In this document: positions 28,842 to 39,977 of the stretch, piece after piece
Layout: each line of letters starts with the position of its first letter
Position numbering within the stretch: the stretch's first letter is position 1
Origin: an uncultured Methanolobus sp.
GTDB lineage: Archaea; Halobacteriota; Methanosarcinia; Methanosarcinales; Methanosarcinaceae
DNA length: 64,000 nt
Direction of reading: 5' to 3'
Assembly: GCA_963675495.1 (NCBI GenBank)
Contig: OY776215.1
Span: forward strand, 608,001 to 672,000
Notes under the pieces: model-generated
Database searches by the model: none
What the model saw: only the letters and a program-made list of their open reading frames with translations
What the model was told of the DNA's origin: nothing
Position numbers and translations under genes: made by a program

Positions 28842-30089
28842 TTGAAAATACTGATGCTAGACATACTTAAGCCATTAACATCCGCAGATGGTTCTTTAAT
28901 TCATAGATATGAACTACTAAGCAATTTAGCTAAATCAAATCATGAAATTCATACCTTTGTTATGAACAATTTTAATTATTCAATACCTGATATAAAATGT
29001 TACCACATATCATCTACTAATATTTTTACAACATTTTTAAATTATATAAGTACTCTAACATATGTATTTATATTTAAAAAATACGATATAATAAGCACAA
29101 GAAATTCAAATTTTGTTTTATTCTTTGGTTTGTTTTTTAAAAAAATAAAAAATAGCCACTTAATTTATGAATTAAATGGTATTCCTGAAGATGAACATCA
29201 AATCACAAGAAATTATTCGATGAAAAATGGAACCGAAATAACAGAAATTAATCCATTTACCAAATATATAAGTGGTATATTTCGGTACATTCTAACAAAA
29301 TACCAGCTCACCCAATCTAAGATCAGATGTTTAATATTTGAAAATGCAATGAGATATTCTACTAAAATAATCGCCGTTACTCCAGGTATCAAAGAATTCA
29401 TACATAATAATTATGGAGTTAATAATGAAAAAATTGTTGTAATTAATAACGGTGCAAACACGGATTTATTTAGACCAATGAATCAAAAAGAAAGCAAAAT
29501 TAACTTGAAATTACAAGTATCAAAAAATTATGTATGCTTTGTAGGGAATTTTGCTCCGTGGCAAGGTGTTGAATACCTTATACAGGCTGCTACATTTGTC
29601 TTAATAGAATGTCCAAATGCACGTTTTTTGATCGTAGGGGATGGTGATATGAAAGAAGACTGGATGAAACTTACTCATAATCTAGGATTAATTGACAAAT
29701 TTATCTTTACTGGCAAAGTACCATATGAATTAATTAATTTATATATTAATACTAGTGATGTTTGTGTCGCTCCTTTCGTGGTGGCTAGAAATGCCAAAAT
29801 AGGATTATCTCCGTTGAAAATTTATGAATACTTGTCATGTGGTAAGCCTGTTGTAGCAAGCAATATACCCGGTGTAAGTGATTTACTTCAACATTCAGGT
29901 GGAGGAATTGTTGTGACGCCTGAAAGTCCCATAGATATTGCAGCGGCAATCATTCAATTGATTCGAAGTGAAAGTCTTAAGATGCAAATGGGTTCAAATG
30001 GTCGTGAATATGTCATGAAGAATCATAGCTGGGCTAGCTCTACAAAGAAAGTATTAGATGTTTATGAAAATGTTATTGCTGACTATTAG
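28842..30089 (+). CDS. Glycosyltransferase family 4
   Basis: FVGNFAPWQGV, IVGDG, SPLKIYEYLSCGKPVVAS. Confidence 0.9.
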   Translation: MKILMLDILKPLTSADGSLIHRYELLSNLAKSNHEIHTFVMNNFNYSIPDIKCYHISSTNIFTTFLNYISTLTYVFIFKKYDIISTRNSNFVLFFGLFFKKIKNSHLIYELNGIPEDEHQITRNYSMKNGTEITEINPFTKYISGIFRYILTKYQLTQSKIRCLIFENAMRYSTKIIAVTPGIKEFIHNNYGVNNEKIVVINNGANTDLFRPMNQKESKINLKLQVSKNYVCFVGNFAPWQGVEYLIQAATFVLIECPNARFLIVGDGDMKEDWMKLTHNLGLIDKFIFTGKVPYELINLYINTSDVCVAPFVVARNAKIGLSPLKIYEYLSCGKPVVASNIPGVSDLLQHSGGGIVVTPESPIDIAAAIIQLIRSESLKMQMGSNGREYVMKNHSWASSTKKVLDVYENVIADY

Positions 30090-30184
30090 CCTATTTAAAG
30101 CAAACTTTTAAGAATAGAACCCCATAACTTGAACGTATAGTTTAGCAATGTATGATTTATCTTAAATTGTTGGATTGAATACTT

Positions 30185-32113
30185 ATGAATAAAAAAGTTA
30201 ATAATATATTAAATAAAAATTATATTTACAGAAATTTTGATGTCATCATTGGAGTTGCGTCATTGATTTTTGGTGCATCAATTGTTTATGTATCTATTGG
30301 TCTAAGGGAAATATATCAAGAAGACCTCGGCACAATTGTGGTATTGTCATCATTATTTTATTTATATTTTAAAAAAAATATTATTAAAAAACGTACAATC
30401 TCTATACATATTAGCAATACTATAAAAATATGTAATAATATATTATTTGCAATTTCAATTTTAGTTAGTATGTGGATTGTCTGGAACTCTTTGTATTATC
30501 GTCCTGCTACTTTTTTTATATTCATTACCATAGCTGCTGCATCTATCATATTTGAAATATTTTACACAGAAAATGCAAAAAAACATTATTTTATTTTAAT
30601 TAAAATCCTCGTTTTAAGTCTAATAGTACGTGCAAGTTTATATTACGAATTTTCTGGAATATATGGTGTTGATCCCTGGATACACAATGAATTAATAAAA
30701 GCTACAATTGCCACTGGACATGTAGTTAAGGGTACACATTTTCGTTCAAATTCGTACTATGAATTTCCAATATATCATATCGCTTGTGCAATAGTACACA
30801 TAGTATCTTCATTAAACATATACAATGGAATATTCCTTTCTATGGGGTTTATTGCAAGCATGTCGAGTATATTCGTGTTTTTCATTGGTACAAAAATTGC
30901 AGATTCAAGGGTCGGTTTACTTTCGGCATTGGTTCTAAATCTTAGTGAATATAGTATTCTATGGGGTATTAATATAATGCCAATGTCACTTGGATTTTTC
31001 TTTGTATCAATCATTATGTATATTATTCTATGCAAAAATGGACTGAATTATAAATACTTAATGATGATTTTATCTTATTCCTTGATATTAACACATACAA
31101 TTGCAACAATTATAATGTATCTTATTATTACTGTTACTGTTGCAGTCAACAATTTATATAGTCGTATAGAAAATACCAAAGCAAAAAATCAAATGATAGT
31201 ATCTATAGGATTCCTAACCCTTTTTAGTGTTGTGATGATTCAAATGTGGATGAAGACGTCCCCTATTGAATCTAGATCTTTTTTTGAGACGATAATGAGA
31301 GGATTGATTTATTCAATATCTAATGATGCTGAACTGGTGGTTCATCGACCAACAAATATAGCTGAAATTGACACCCCTTATATCAATACAGTTCTTTCTC
31401 ATTTGGGATATTATCTGCTATTGGGATTAGGTTTAATAGGATCATTAATTTGGTTGAATATTAAAAACCGTGATTTGCATAAAATAACATTAGTTTCAAT
31501 TGTACTGATGTTCATTATTTGTATATATTCTTTTATTATAGTTTCATTAAATAACATATTACCGGATCGTTGGTTTTCATTTATGTATATTCCACTTTTA
31601 GTTATTGGCATGCAAGGATTAATAAACATGACAAATATATTTCGAAAAGATACTTCCCGTGTCCTCTCAATAGTATTTGTGATTATTACAATAATATTTA
31701 TGATGACGACAAATTCATTGGTAAATCCTGATAATCCCCTCTATCCACAAGAATCTGCCATTAGACTAGGATATACTCAATCAGAACTTGCTGCAGTGGT
31801 CAGCATATCTCAAATGCAAGTTAGACCTATTACAGATTTATATTATGCACTAATATTTCCTTATGTAATAGGAGATGAAAATTATGATAATATGAGTTTA
31901 AGTAAGTCTCAAATTATTGTAATTCGAAATTATAATCTTCATAACCCATCACATAATGATGAATACCGAGCTTCTTTGCACTATGGTAGGAGTTATTACG
32001 ATTATGAACAGTATGGACATATACGTATTTCAGATTACTTATCTGAGATTGGAATTGATAAAAAGCCATTGATATACAATAATGGTAATGTAAACGCCTA
32101 CTCTATTATGTGA
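30185..32113 (+). CDS. Multi-pass membrane protein (GT-C/Wzy-like, polysaccharide polymerase candidate)
   Basis: Many hydrophobic segments, GVDPWIH, YYEFPIYH, LILTH, PDRW; position within the glycosyltransferase cluster. Confidence 0.55.
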   Translation: MNKKVNNILNKNYIYRNFDVIIGVASLIFGASIVYVSIGLREIYQEDLGTIVVLSSLFYLYFKKNIIKKRTISIHISNTIKICNNILFAISILVSMWIVWNSLYYRPATFFIFITIAAASIIFEIFYTENAKKHYFILIKILVLSLIVRASLYYEFSGIYGVDPWIHNELIKATIATGHVVKGTHFRSNSYYEFPIYHIACAIVHIVSSLNIYNGIFLSMGFIASMSSIFVFFIGTKIADSRVGLLSALVLNLSEYSILWGINIMPMSLGFFFVSIIMYIILCKNGLNYKYLMMILSYSLILTHTIATIIMYLIITVTVAVNNLYSRIENTKAKNQMIVSIGFLTLFSVVMIQMWMKTSPIESRSFFETIMRGLIYSISNDAELVVHRPTNIAEIDTPYINTVLSHLGYYLLLGLGLIGSLIWLNIKNRDLHKITLVSIVLMFIICIYSFIIVSLNNILPDRWFSFMYIPLLVIGMQGLINMTNIFRKDTSRVLSIVFVIITIIFMMTTNSLVNPDNPLYPQESAIRLGYTQSELAAVVSISQMQVRPITDLYYALIFPYVIGDENYDNMSLSKSQIIVIRNYNLHNPSHNDEYRASLHYGRSYYDYEQYGHIRISDYLSEIGIDKKPLIYNNGNVNAYSIM

Positions 32114-32609
32114 TTTGAAGGTATGAAAAATAGTCAAAGGGAAGAGCTGCACACATTTTATGAGTTAAGGACTAACGTTGAAAGGAAAAATTCAAACGAT
32201 GTAGTTTATTTCAATCGTTCTAAAACACCACAATAGAAGTGTTATGAGAAGTTGTTTATCTCAATAAGCAATACTACTGCATTATATACCCCGCGATATT
32301 TAGAAACTAGCCAATTCAAGGATAGAAAGAAAGTTTTTAACGAAAAAAAGTGATACTTAGAGCTTATAGAGATTATAAATGATCAATATTTAAGTCTCAA
32401 CTGATTTAATGAGATTAAATTTGAATAAAGTAACTAGGAGAAGACTTATCAAGGAATTAATGCATAAATATGCGAAGTTGGGAAACTACTTGATTATTTC
32501 AAATTTAATTATTAAAAAATTAGTGAGTAAGTATATCCTTAATTACATGAATGTTGTAGAGGATGATTAAGCAATACTAGGTTTACGTTGGAAGATATGA
32601 GTTGAAAAT

Positions 32610-33776
32610 ATGAGAATATGTTTACTTGCAGATGGTAAAAGTATACACACTATGCGATGGGTTAACTATTTTTTAGATGTAGGGCATGAAGTACATTTAA
32701 TATCCATAGATGATACCCCTCTTTGCAAAACGGTTGAAAACCTAAATTTTCACTCACTTAAAGGATTAGCTACTCATAAGATTTGGTTTTTTGTCCCTAT
32801 TATAAGGTGGATGATTTTTTCAATTAAAGTCAAAAAAATAATATCCAAAATAAACCCAGATATTCTTCACGCACATTATCTTGCAGATTATGGAATTATT
32901 GGTGCACTAACAGGGTTTCATCCTTTTATTGTATCAATATGGGGAAGCGATGTTTTAGTTGCTCCAATAAATTCTAAAGCAATTAAAATGATGGAATCGC
33001 ATGCATTAAAAAAATCGGATTTAATAATGACAATACCCGAATTTATGAAAGATTATCTAGGTAGCAAATTTAACGTTAATAAAGATAAAGTTGTAAGGCT
33101 TGCTTGGGGAATTGACTTAGACATATACTCAAAGAAATACGAGGAAAATGTCCATTCATTGAAAAGGCAACTTAAAATAAAAAAGAACTCGTCGATAATT
33201 ATTAGTAACCGGTCTATGGGACCACATTATAACATAGAAAAAATAATAGAAGCAATCCCACAAGTGCTTCAAGTATCTGAAGATGCAATTTTTATATTTG
33301 TAAAAGGCTACGGTTCGTCTGAATATGTGGAAAAAATTAAATCAAAAGTTGAATACTTAGGGATATCCGATAATATAAGGATTATAGAAAAAATCTTGTC
33401 CCCTCAAGAAATGGCAATTCATCTCAACATGGCAGATATGATTATTTCAATACCTAAAACAGACCAATTTTCATCTAGTATACTGGAAGGAATGGCTTGT
33501 GGTGCCGTACCAATTGTTGGAAATTTAAATGTTTACAAACAGTATTTAAAAAATGGAGAGAATGCTTTTTTTGTTAATGCTGATAATCCTATAGATATTT
33601 CCCAGAAAATTATACATTGTATTGAAAAACGTCCGTTAAAAGACATATTTTATAAATTAAATATAAATATTGTTGAAGAAAACGAAAACTGGGCCACTAA
33701 TGCTAACGCAATGATACAAATATACCAACATTTGATAGGTGAAATACAAAATGAGTCAAAACATACCATTATTTGA
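32610..33776 (+). CDS. Glycosyltransferase family 4
   Basis: SIHTMRW, LHAHY, WGSDV, SSILEGMACG. Confidence 0.9.
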   Translation: MRICLLADGKSIHTMRWVNYFLDVGHEVHLISIDDTPLCKTVENLNFHSLKGLATHKIWFFVPIIRWMIFSIKVKKIISKINPDILHAHYLADYGIIGALTGFHPFIVSIWGSDVLVAPINSKAIKMMESHALKKSDLIMTIPEFMKDYLGSKFNVNKDKVVRLAWGIDLDIYSKKYEENVHSLKRQLKIKKNSSIIISNRSMGPHYNIEKIIEAIPQVLQVSEDAIFIFVKGYGSSEYVEKIKSKVEYLGISDNIRIIEKILSPQEMAIHLNMADMIISIPKTDQFSSSILEGMACGAVPIVGNLNVYKQYLKNGENAFFVNADNPIDISQKIIHCIEKRPLKDIFYKLNINIVEENENWATNANAMIQIYQHLIGEIQNESKHTII

Positions 33777-34887
33777 AATTTATTGGGACGATGAAGATAT
33801 AAATAATGTAACAAATGTTATCAAAAGAGGGAGTAGTTGGGCTAATGGAACAGATATCTTAAAATTTGAAGAAGAGATATCTGAATACATTGGAACTAAA
33901 TATGCACTAACGTTCAATTCTGCTACCTCGGCACTACATGCACTTCTTTTAGCCTATGGCATTGGAAAAGGAGATGAAGTAATAGTGCCCTCGTTCACAT
34001 TCATAGCAACAGCAAATGCCCCACAATTTGTCAATGCAAAACCCGTATTTGCAGAAATAGAAGACAGAACTTATGGGTTAGATCCTGAAAATGTCAAAGA
34101 ACAAATAACATCAAAGACAAGGGCAATAATACCAATCCATTACGGTGGTTGCCCTTGTTTAATTAACGAGTTGAAAGAAATTGCTGATGACCATAATTTA
34201 CTACTTTTCGAAGATGCTGCAGAAGCTTTTGGAGCTACCGTAAAGGGTAGGAAAGTTGGAACTTTTGGAGATGCAAGTATTCTTAGTTTTTGTCAAAATA
34301 AAATAATTACAACAGGAGAAGGAGGAGCGGTAGTAACTGATTCAAAAGAAATATACAATAAATTGAAATTAATCAGATCTCATGGAAGATTAGAAACAAA
34401 TGATTTCTTTACTTCCAGTGAAAATATGGACTATGTTAGTTTGGGTTATAATTTTAGAATGCCAACCATGAATGCTGCTTTAGGTTTATCTCAGATTAAA
34501 AAAGTTGATAGTATAATCAATCTGAGACGTGAAAATGCAGCATATATGAATAACAAATTATCAAAAATAAAAGGTGTGAACCTATCAATTCCTCCACATT
34601 ATTATCATCATGTTTACCAACTTTATTCAATAAGGGTAAATGAAGACATAAGGGATAAGTTAATTCAACATCTTTCTAAGAAAGGTATAAGTGCTAAAAT
34701 TTATTTCTCGCCTATTCATCTCACAAGTTTTTACCGCAATAATTATAAACATAATAAAGGAGATTTGCCATTTACAGAAAAAATTTCAAAACAATTTGTG
34801 ACATTGCCTATGTTCCCAGCATTAACAAAAATGGAAATTGATTACATCGCAGAAGAAATTAATAGTTTTTTAGGAGATGAATTATGA
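33751..34887 (+). CDS. DegT/DnrJ/EryC1/StrS sugar aminotransferase
   Basis: NSATSAL, PSFTFIATAN, EDAAEA, SFCQNKIITTGEGG, GYNFRM. Confidence 0.92.
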   Translation: MSQNIPLFEIYWDDEDINNVTNVIKRGSSWANGTDILKFEEEISEYIGTKYALTFNSATSALHALLLAYGIGKGDEVIVPSFTFIATANAPQFVNAKPVFAEIEDRTYGLDPENVKEQITSKTRAIIPIHYGGCPCLINELKEIADDHNLLLFEDAAEAFGATVKGRKVGTFGDASILSFCQNKIITTGEGGAVVTDSKEIYNKLKLIRSHGRLETNDFFTSSENMDYVSLGYNFRMPTMNAALGLSQIKKVDSIINLRRENAAYMNNKLSKIKGVNLSIPPHYYHHVYQLYSIRVNEDIRDKLIQHLSKKGISAKIYFSPIHLTSFYRNNYKHNKGDLPFTEKISKQFVTLPMFPALTKMEIDYIAEEINSFLGDEL

Positions 34888-35879
34888 ATGAAGAACTAAA
34901 TGGAGGAACTGTTTTAGTTACTGGTGGAACAGGATCTATTGGTAGCGAAATCGTCAAACAGCTTTTGGAGTTGAATATTTCTAAAGTTATAATATTTAGT
35001 AGGGATGAAATAAAACATTTTGTAATAAAAAAGAGAATTAATGATAATAGACTTGAAACAATTGTAGGGGACGTTAGGGATTACAGAAGTCTTGAAAGAG
35101 TGTTTCAAGGAAATAGCATCGATATCATTTATCATACAGCTGCAATGAAACATGTAGTTGTTTGCGAAGAGATTCCTATTGAGTGTGTAAGAACAAATGT
35201 TTTAGGCACACAGAATGTTGTGGATTTGGCATTGAAATACAAGGTTCCAAAATTAATAAACGTCAGCACCGATAAATCTGCAAGCCCTGTTAATACTATG
35301 GGTGCTGCAAAGTTTATAGCTGAAAGGATTGTACTAAATGCAAACTACACCTGTGTTCGTTTCGGAAATGTGGCCAATTCGCGAGGTTCTGTAATTCCTG
35401 TATTTATAGATAATATTTTAAACAAAAACAAAATTTGCATTACTTATCCAGAAGTAACACGTTTTATGATTGAAATCCCAGATGCTGTAAGACTTGTAAT
35501 GAAAGCCACTGAATATGCATGCGGCAGAGATATATTTATCTTGAAAATGAAGGCATTCAGGTTAGGGGATTTATTAGATGTTATATTGGATAGAATTGTT
35601 CCAATATTTGAAATATCGAGAGATACCATTAATGTTGAGACAATAGGAATGACTTCTGGAGAAAAAGTCCATGAAGATTTGATAAATTATGTAGAATCTA
35701 ACCAGATATATGAATATAAAGATATGTATGTTGTTTTAAAATATACAAATGATGCTAGTAATTATTCAAATCTCAAAAAGGTTGATATGCAAAATTACTC
35801 ATCAGATAATGTCGAATTGTTTTCAAAAGAAGAACTCGAAGAAATTGTGTTGAAACATGTTGCAAAAGTAAGGAGTTGA
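34884..35879 (+). CDS. UDP-sugar 4,6-dehydratase (PseB/CapD-like)
   Basis: TGGTGSIG, SRDE, AAMKHV, STDKS, RFGNVANSRGSVIP, GEKVHE. Confidence 0.88.
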   Translation: MNEELNGGTVLVTGGTGSIGSEIVKQLLELNISKVIIFSRDEIKHFVIKKRINDNRLETIVGDVRDYRSLERVFQGNSIDIIYHTAAMKHVVVCEEIPIECVRTNVLGTQNVVDLALKYKVPKLINVSTDKSASPVNTMGAAKFIAERIVLNANYTCVRFGNVANSRGSVIPVFIDNILNKNKICITYPEVTRFMIEIPDAVRLVMKATEYACGRDIFILKMKAFRLGDLLDVILDRIVPIFEISRDTINVETIGMTSGEKVHEDLINYVESNQIYEYKDMYVVLKYTNDASNYSNLKKVDMQNYSSDNVELFSKEELEEIVLKHVAKVRS

Positions 35880-35886
35880 AGAGTAA

Positions 35887-36444
35887 ATGAGAGAAGATAT
35901 TTCAGCAAATGATCCTAATCTGAATAAGGATATAATATCCAAATTAAAGAAAGTTGGCCAAAATGTCAAAATATATTCTCTTGCAAAAATCGTAAAACCG
36001 GAAGTAATTGAAGTTTGCAATTATTCGATGATAGATGATTTTACATTTATTTATGGTGGAAATGGCGTGAAAATTGGCAATTATGTTCACATTGCTTCTT
36101 TTGTAAGTGTAATTGGCGGAGGTGAATTAATTCTTGAGGACTATACTGTTTTAGCCTGTGGTTCAAGAATTATAACCGGAACCGATACATATTATGGAGG
36201 GAAAAGGATGTCTTCTATACTACCCGAAAATCAAAGAAATGTAATGAGAGGTAAGGTAATAATAGAGAAAGATGCTTTTATCGGCACCAACGCAGTAGTC
36301 CATCCAAATGTCAAAATCGGTGAAGGGGCAATTATTGGAAGTAATAGCCTTGTATTAAAAGATGTCGAACCATGGAGCATTAACGTTGGCAGTCCTTGTA
36401 AGAAGATTGGAACCAGACCGGTAATCAATGAGAATGAAACATAG
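35887..36444 (+). CDS. Hexapeptide-repeat acyltransferase
   Basis: IEKDAFIGTNAVVHPNVKIGEGAIIGSNSLV...GSP. Confidence 0.85.
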   Translation: MREDISANDPNLNKDIISKLKKVGQNVKIYSLAKIVKPEVIEVCNYSMIDDFTFIYGGNGVKIGNYVHIASFVSVIGGGELILEDYTVLACGSRIITGTDTYYGGKRMSSILPENQRNVMRGKVIIEKDAFIGTNAVVHPNVKIGEGAIIGSNSLVLKDVEPWSINVGSPCKKIGTRPVINENET

Positions 36445-36818
36445 ATGATATATGCATATTCTAAGCTGACATAAAGAAAACATAGGGTGAACTGGTTTCT
36501 ATGCAAATTAAAATATGTTGGAATTATCAAACCTGTAAATTTAAAAGAGACTACAGTAAAACAAAATTATAACACCTTACCTACGTTCAAATAGTTTCTA
36601 TTGACTGTGTAATCCTACTTGGAAAAAAGCCTATTACTTAGCATCGACGACAAAGATGTCTCCAAAAACACCGATGTAGTGACTGAGTATGTGGAAAAGG
36701 ATACTATCAGATATCATTTTAGTAGACATGATTGCTGTGCCAAAATTCAGCTATGAGGCAATCCATACCCGAGTGAGCTACAATGTATACAGCAAAATAA
36801 TTGAGATTGGTATAACAC

Positions 36819-38315
36819 ATGGGTAATATGCAAGAATCAAAGAAGTTTACTTTTGATGTAAGTATAACCTTGTTCGCATCGATGATTAGTTTGCCCCTTG
36901 GTTTTATCACAACATTCATTTTAGGGAGATACCTTGGAGCAGAAGAACTTGGATTGTACAGAATGACCTCCACAGTATTTGGAATATCATTGCTATTTGC
37001 TGAAATTGGGCTTCCTGCAGCGATGATAAAATTTGTGGCTGAGCTAAAAAATGATAAAGACAAACTAAACCAGATAACATCCTCGGGCATAATCACATCT
37101 TTAATTGGAGGTCTTGGGTTCGTTGCTTTGTTTTATTTCTCTTCAAATGCACTTGCAGAATTATTTAATATGCCAAGATTATCTGAATTGTTAAAAATAA
37201 TCTCACTCGTTTTTCCTTTTGCCTTGCTGAATGGTACTTTGTTGGGTTTGTTAAACGGACTCCGGGAAATGAAGACACATGCAATCGGGATGATTATTCA
37301 GAGTATCATAATGGTAGTGATCACGGTAACTCTGATTTACTCTGGTTTTGGAGTTGAAGGAGCCGTAATTGGTATTATATTATCTAAAATAGGCTCATGT
37401 ATTTATTTAATATGGATGTGTAAGCAGTACATAAACATCACATTTGATAAATATGTTCAGTCTACAAAAAAATTGCTGCTTTTTGGAGTACAGTTATTTG
37501 GTGTAAATGCAATAAACATAATAAATTATCATGCAGATACTACTATGATAGGATATTTTCTAACAGCCGGAAGTGTTGGATACTACGGAGTAGCTGCGAT
37601 TTTTAGCCAATTTTTTTGGATAATTCCTCAAGCAGTTCAAAGGATAACTTATCCTGCAACTTCTGAGTTCTTATCTAAGAATAATCATAAGGCACTTCAG
37701 AACATGATCGATAAGAGTATTAAGTATACTTCTTGTACTTTGCTTCTATTTGGATTAGGGGTGGGGTTTTTTGCAAAGGAAATTATCACAGTGACTTTTG
37801 GAGAGGATTTTGTTGTTTCTGTTTTGCCACTTCAGATATTAGCCGTCGGGACTGTGATATATGGCATAAATAGTGCAATTGGGGGGTGTTTATCAGGTGC
37901 TGGTCGACCAGATATTGCCTTCAAAGTTGTCTGTATTAGTGCAATAACAAACATCTTATTAAATTCTGTCCTTATACCTCGCTACGGAATAGCGGGAGCA
38001 GCAGTGGCTACTGCAATCTCTTTAATAGTATCGGCATTCATCGCAACATTCTTTACATTTAAGATAGTAAATATGAAATTTGATTTTAAATGGTTTGGGA
38101 AAATATCCGGAATAACTTTATTGGCTATTCTGACTTTTAAATGGTTTGAGTTTATGAATGTGTATGCATTAAGTACTATAATTTTGTCTTTTTATTTGCT
38201 TGCGATGAATATATTTTTGTTTGCAGATGATGATAAGAAGTTTCTTGGCAATATAATTAAAGATGTCTATTCATTTTTCAATACCCTCATATATTTCAAG
38301 AAATTTAAATTATAA
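36819..38315 (+). CDS. Oligosaccharide flippase (Wzx/MurJ-like)
   Basis: Many TM segments, RYLGAEELGLY, DTTMIGYF, VGYYGVA, LIPRYGIAGAAVAT. Confidence 0.88.
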   Translation: MGNMQESKKFTFDVSITLFASMISLPLGFITTFILGRYLGAEELGLYRMTSTVFGISLLFAEIGLPAAMIKFVAELKNDKDKLNQITSSGIITSLIGGLGFVALFYFSSNALAELFNMPRLSELLKIISLVFPFALLNGTLLGLLNGLREMKTHAIGMIIQSIIMVVITVTLIYSGFGVEGAVIGIILSKIGSCIYLIWMCKQYINITFDKYVQSTKKLLLFGVQLFGVNAINIINYHADTTMIGYFLTAGSVGYYGVAAIFSQFFWIIPQAVQRITYPATSEFLSKNNHKALQNMIDKSIKYTSCTLLLFGLGVGFFAKEIITVTFGEDFVVSVLPLQILAVGTVIYGINSAIGGCLSGAGRPDIAFKVVCISAITNILLNSVLIPRYGIAGAAVATAISLIVSAFIATFFTFKIVNMKFDFKWFGKISGITLLAILTFKWFEFMNVYALSTIILSFYLLAMNIFLFADDDKKFLGNIIKDVYSFFNTLIYFKKFKL

Positions 38316-38634
38316 TCCATGTACGACAGTTTTTACTCCTTTTTTAGGAAAAACATTAATAATGTCTGTAGTTTGTATTTTGAGATGGCTAATAGCCAGC
38401 AACTCTTCAGAGAAATCATGCTTATTCAATGAAAACTCCGTCAAAATGATGATTATCAATATGAACATCATCTTTATGGGATTCCCTTAGTCCCCTCAAA
38501 AAAACATATATCAAAGCAGCTTTACTATTTGGCAGTATCCCTAACATACAAGAACTTTTGGTAAATGCATTCGATATGATGGGTTTGAAGGAATAAAAGA
38601 TAATCCAATAATAGGGACTCCATAGTTTAAAAAA

Positions 38635-38850
38635 ATGACAGAATTCTATAACTACAATGTCTGGTTTGGGGATGAATGCCATTTTCAGCAACAATTATCC
38701 AAGTCTACTACGTGGGTTCCTTCTGAGGATAAGAATCCTGTTGTTCTTCATGCCTCCACATGTCAAAATAAAAGTGTTTTTGGTTCAGTGAACTCAAAAG
38801 AAGAAATATTTGTATGCCAAGTTTCTACTATGTTCAATGCACCATGTTGA
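38635..38850 (+). pseudogene. IS630-family transposase fragment
   Basis: VWFGDECHFQQQ...TWVP...SVFGSV resembles the first DDE_3 catalytic motif; truncated on both sides. Confidence 0.6.
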
Positions 38851-38921
38851 AGTATTGGTAAACCTGTTATGATAAAAAACACCTATAAGATAAAGACGAA
38901 TTCTTTTGTATTTTATGCATT

Positions 38922-39869
38922 TTATGGCTTTGTAGAAATCCTCATTTGTATAATAAGTACAACCTTGACATACATGTCAAGGTTATGTACTAAGAGTTTT
39001 AGTTTGACTTCTTTCACTTGATTCCAATACTTTTTAGCCCTGATCTCTTCACTATATTTTCTTTTCAAAACAGAGAACATCGTTTCAACCAGGTTTCTTT
39101 TATGATACAATTCTTCATCAAATTCCCATACCATTTTTCTGCGATATATCATTAAATCACAGATTTAATGAGAGTTCCTGATTTTTAATCTGGAACATTT
39201 CCCTTTAATTCTCTTCCTCTTCCTTTGTCTCAAAGGAATCATAGCTATCGCTTCTAGTTGTTCTCTTGTTAGCGAATGTATGTCTTCTGAATCATATCCT
39301 TTGTCCATGACATAATACTTAGATCTGCGAGTTTTGTGGCATTGCTTCATTAATTTCATTGCATGTTTTGCATCATGCACAGGCTTACCTGATATCTTGA
39401 AACCAGTAACAATGAACTTTGCAGTATCAATGGAGATACTTGTTTTCAGGAAATATCTTCGTTTCTTTCCTGTTCTCCAGGAATAATAGTAACTACAGTG
39501 TCCACTACTAAACCCACTTGAATCAATAGCAGTGATCTCTATCTACTCTCCGCGTGAATAGAATAGTTTTAGTGTTTGCTGCAATAATCCAGTGAAGTAG
39601 ATAGATTTAATTCTTGTAATGAATTTATGCAGTGTAGTAAAATGTGGAACTTCTTTTAACCCAATTCTTGCTTTAACTTTATCCATCACTTCTACAAGTT
39701 CAACAATATCTCTATAATCTTCATCAAGATACTCTTTCAACAAAACCAATGTCAATAGCTAGTGTAGGGTATATTTCCTTTTAGAATATTTACAACTATA
39801 AATCCCAAGGTGTGAGTTTCCTGATACAGCTAATGCTGTATCAACAAACTTTAAGTACTTATTAGACAA
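38922..39869 (-). pseudogene. IS5-family DDE transposase, interrupted
   Basis: One reading frame from TTG 39869 carrying PHFTTL, TAIDSSG, HDA, MDKGYDS and [13 protein letters not shown]. Interrupted by TAG at 39759-61, TAG at 39543-45 and a 51-bp insertion containing TAA. Confidence 0.88.
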
Positions 39870-39977
39870 AACACAATCATCCCCTATGTGTTTTCTGTAG
39901 CAAGTAATACTCAGGGGATTTATCCTTTTTAAATTATTATGCTAAAATAAAATATGAAGTCGGTTTTCTACAGAGCC
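38926..39977 (-). mobile_element. IS5-family (ISH1-like) insertion sequence with TIRs and 8-bp target duplication
   Basis: TIRs GGCTTTGTAGAAATCC (38926-38941) and revcomp GGCTCTGTAGAAAACC (39962-39977), 14/16 identical. CATTTTAT flanks both sides (38918-38925, 39978-39985). Confidence 0.9.

Noticed and set aside
38922-39869. Functional pyrrolysine-containing transposase
   Set aside because: Even with amber read-through, the TAA at 39165-39167 in the insertion truncates the protein before the final catalytic region.
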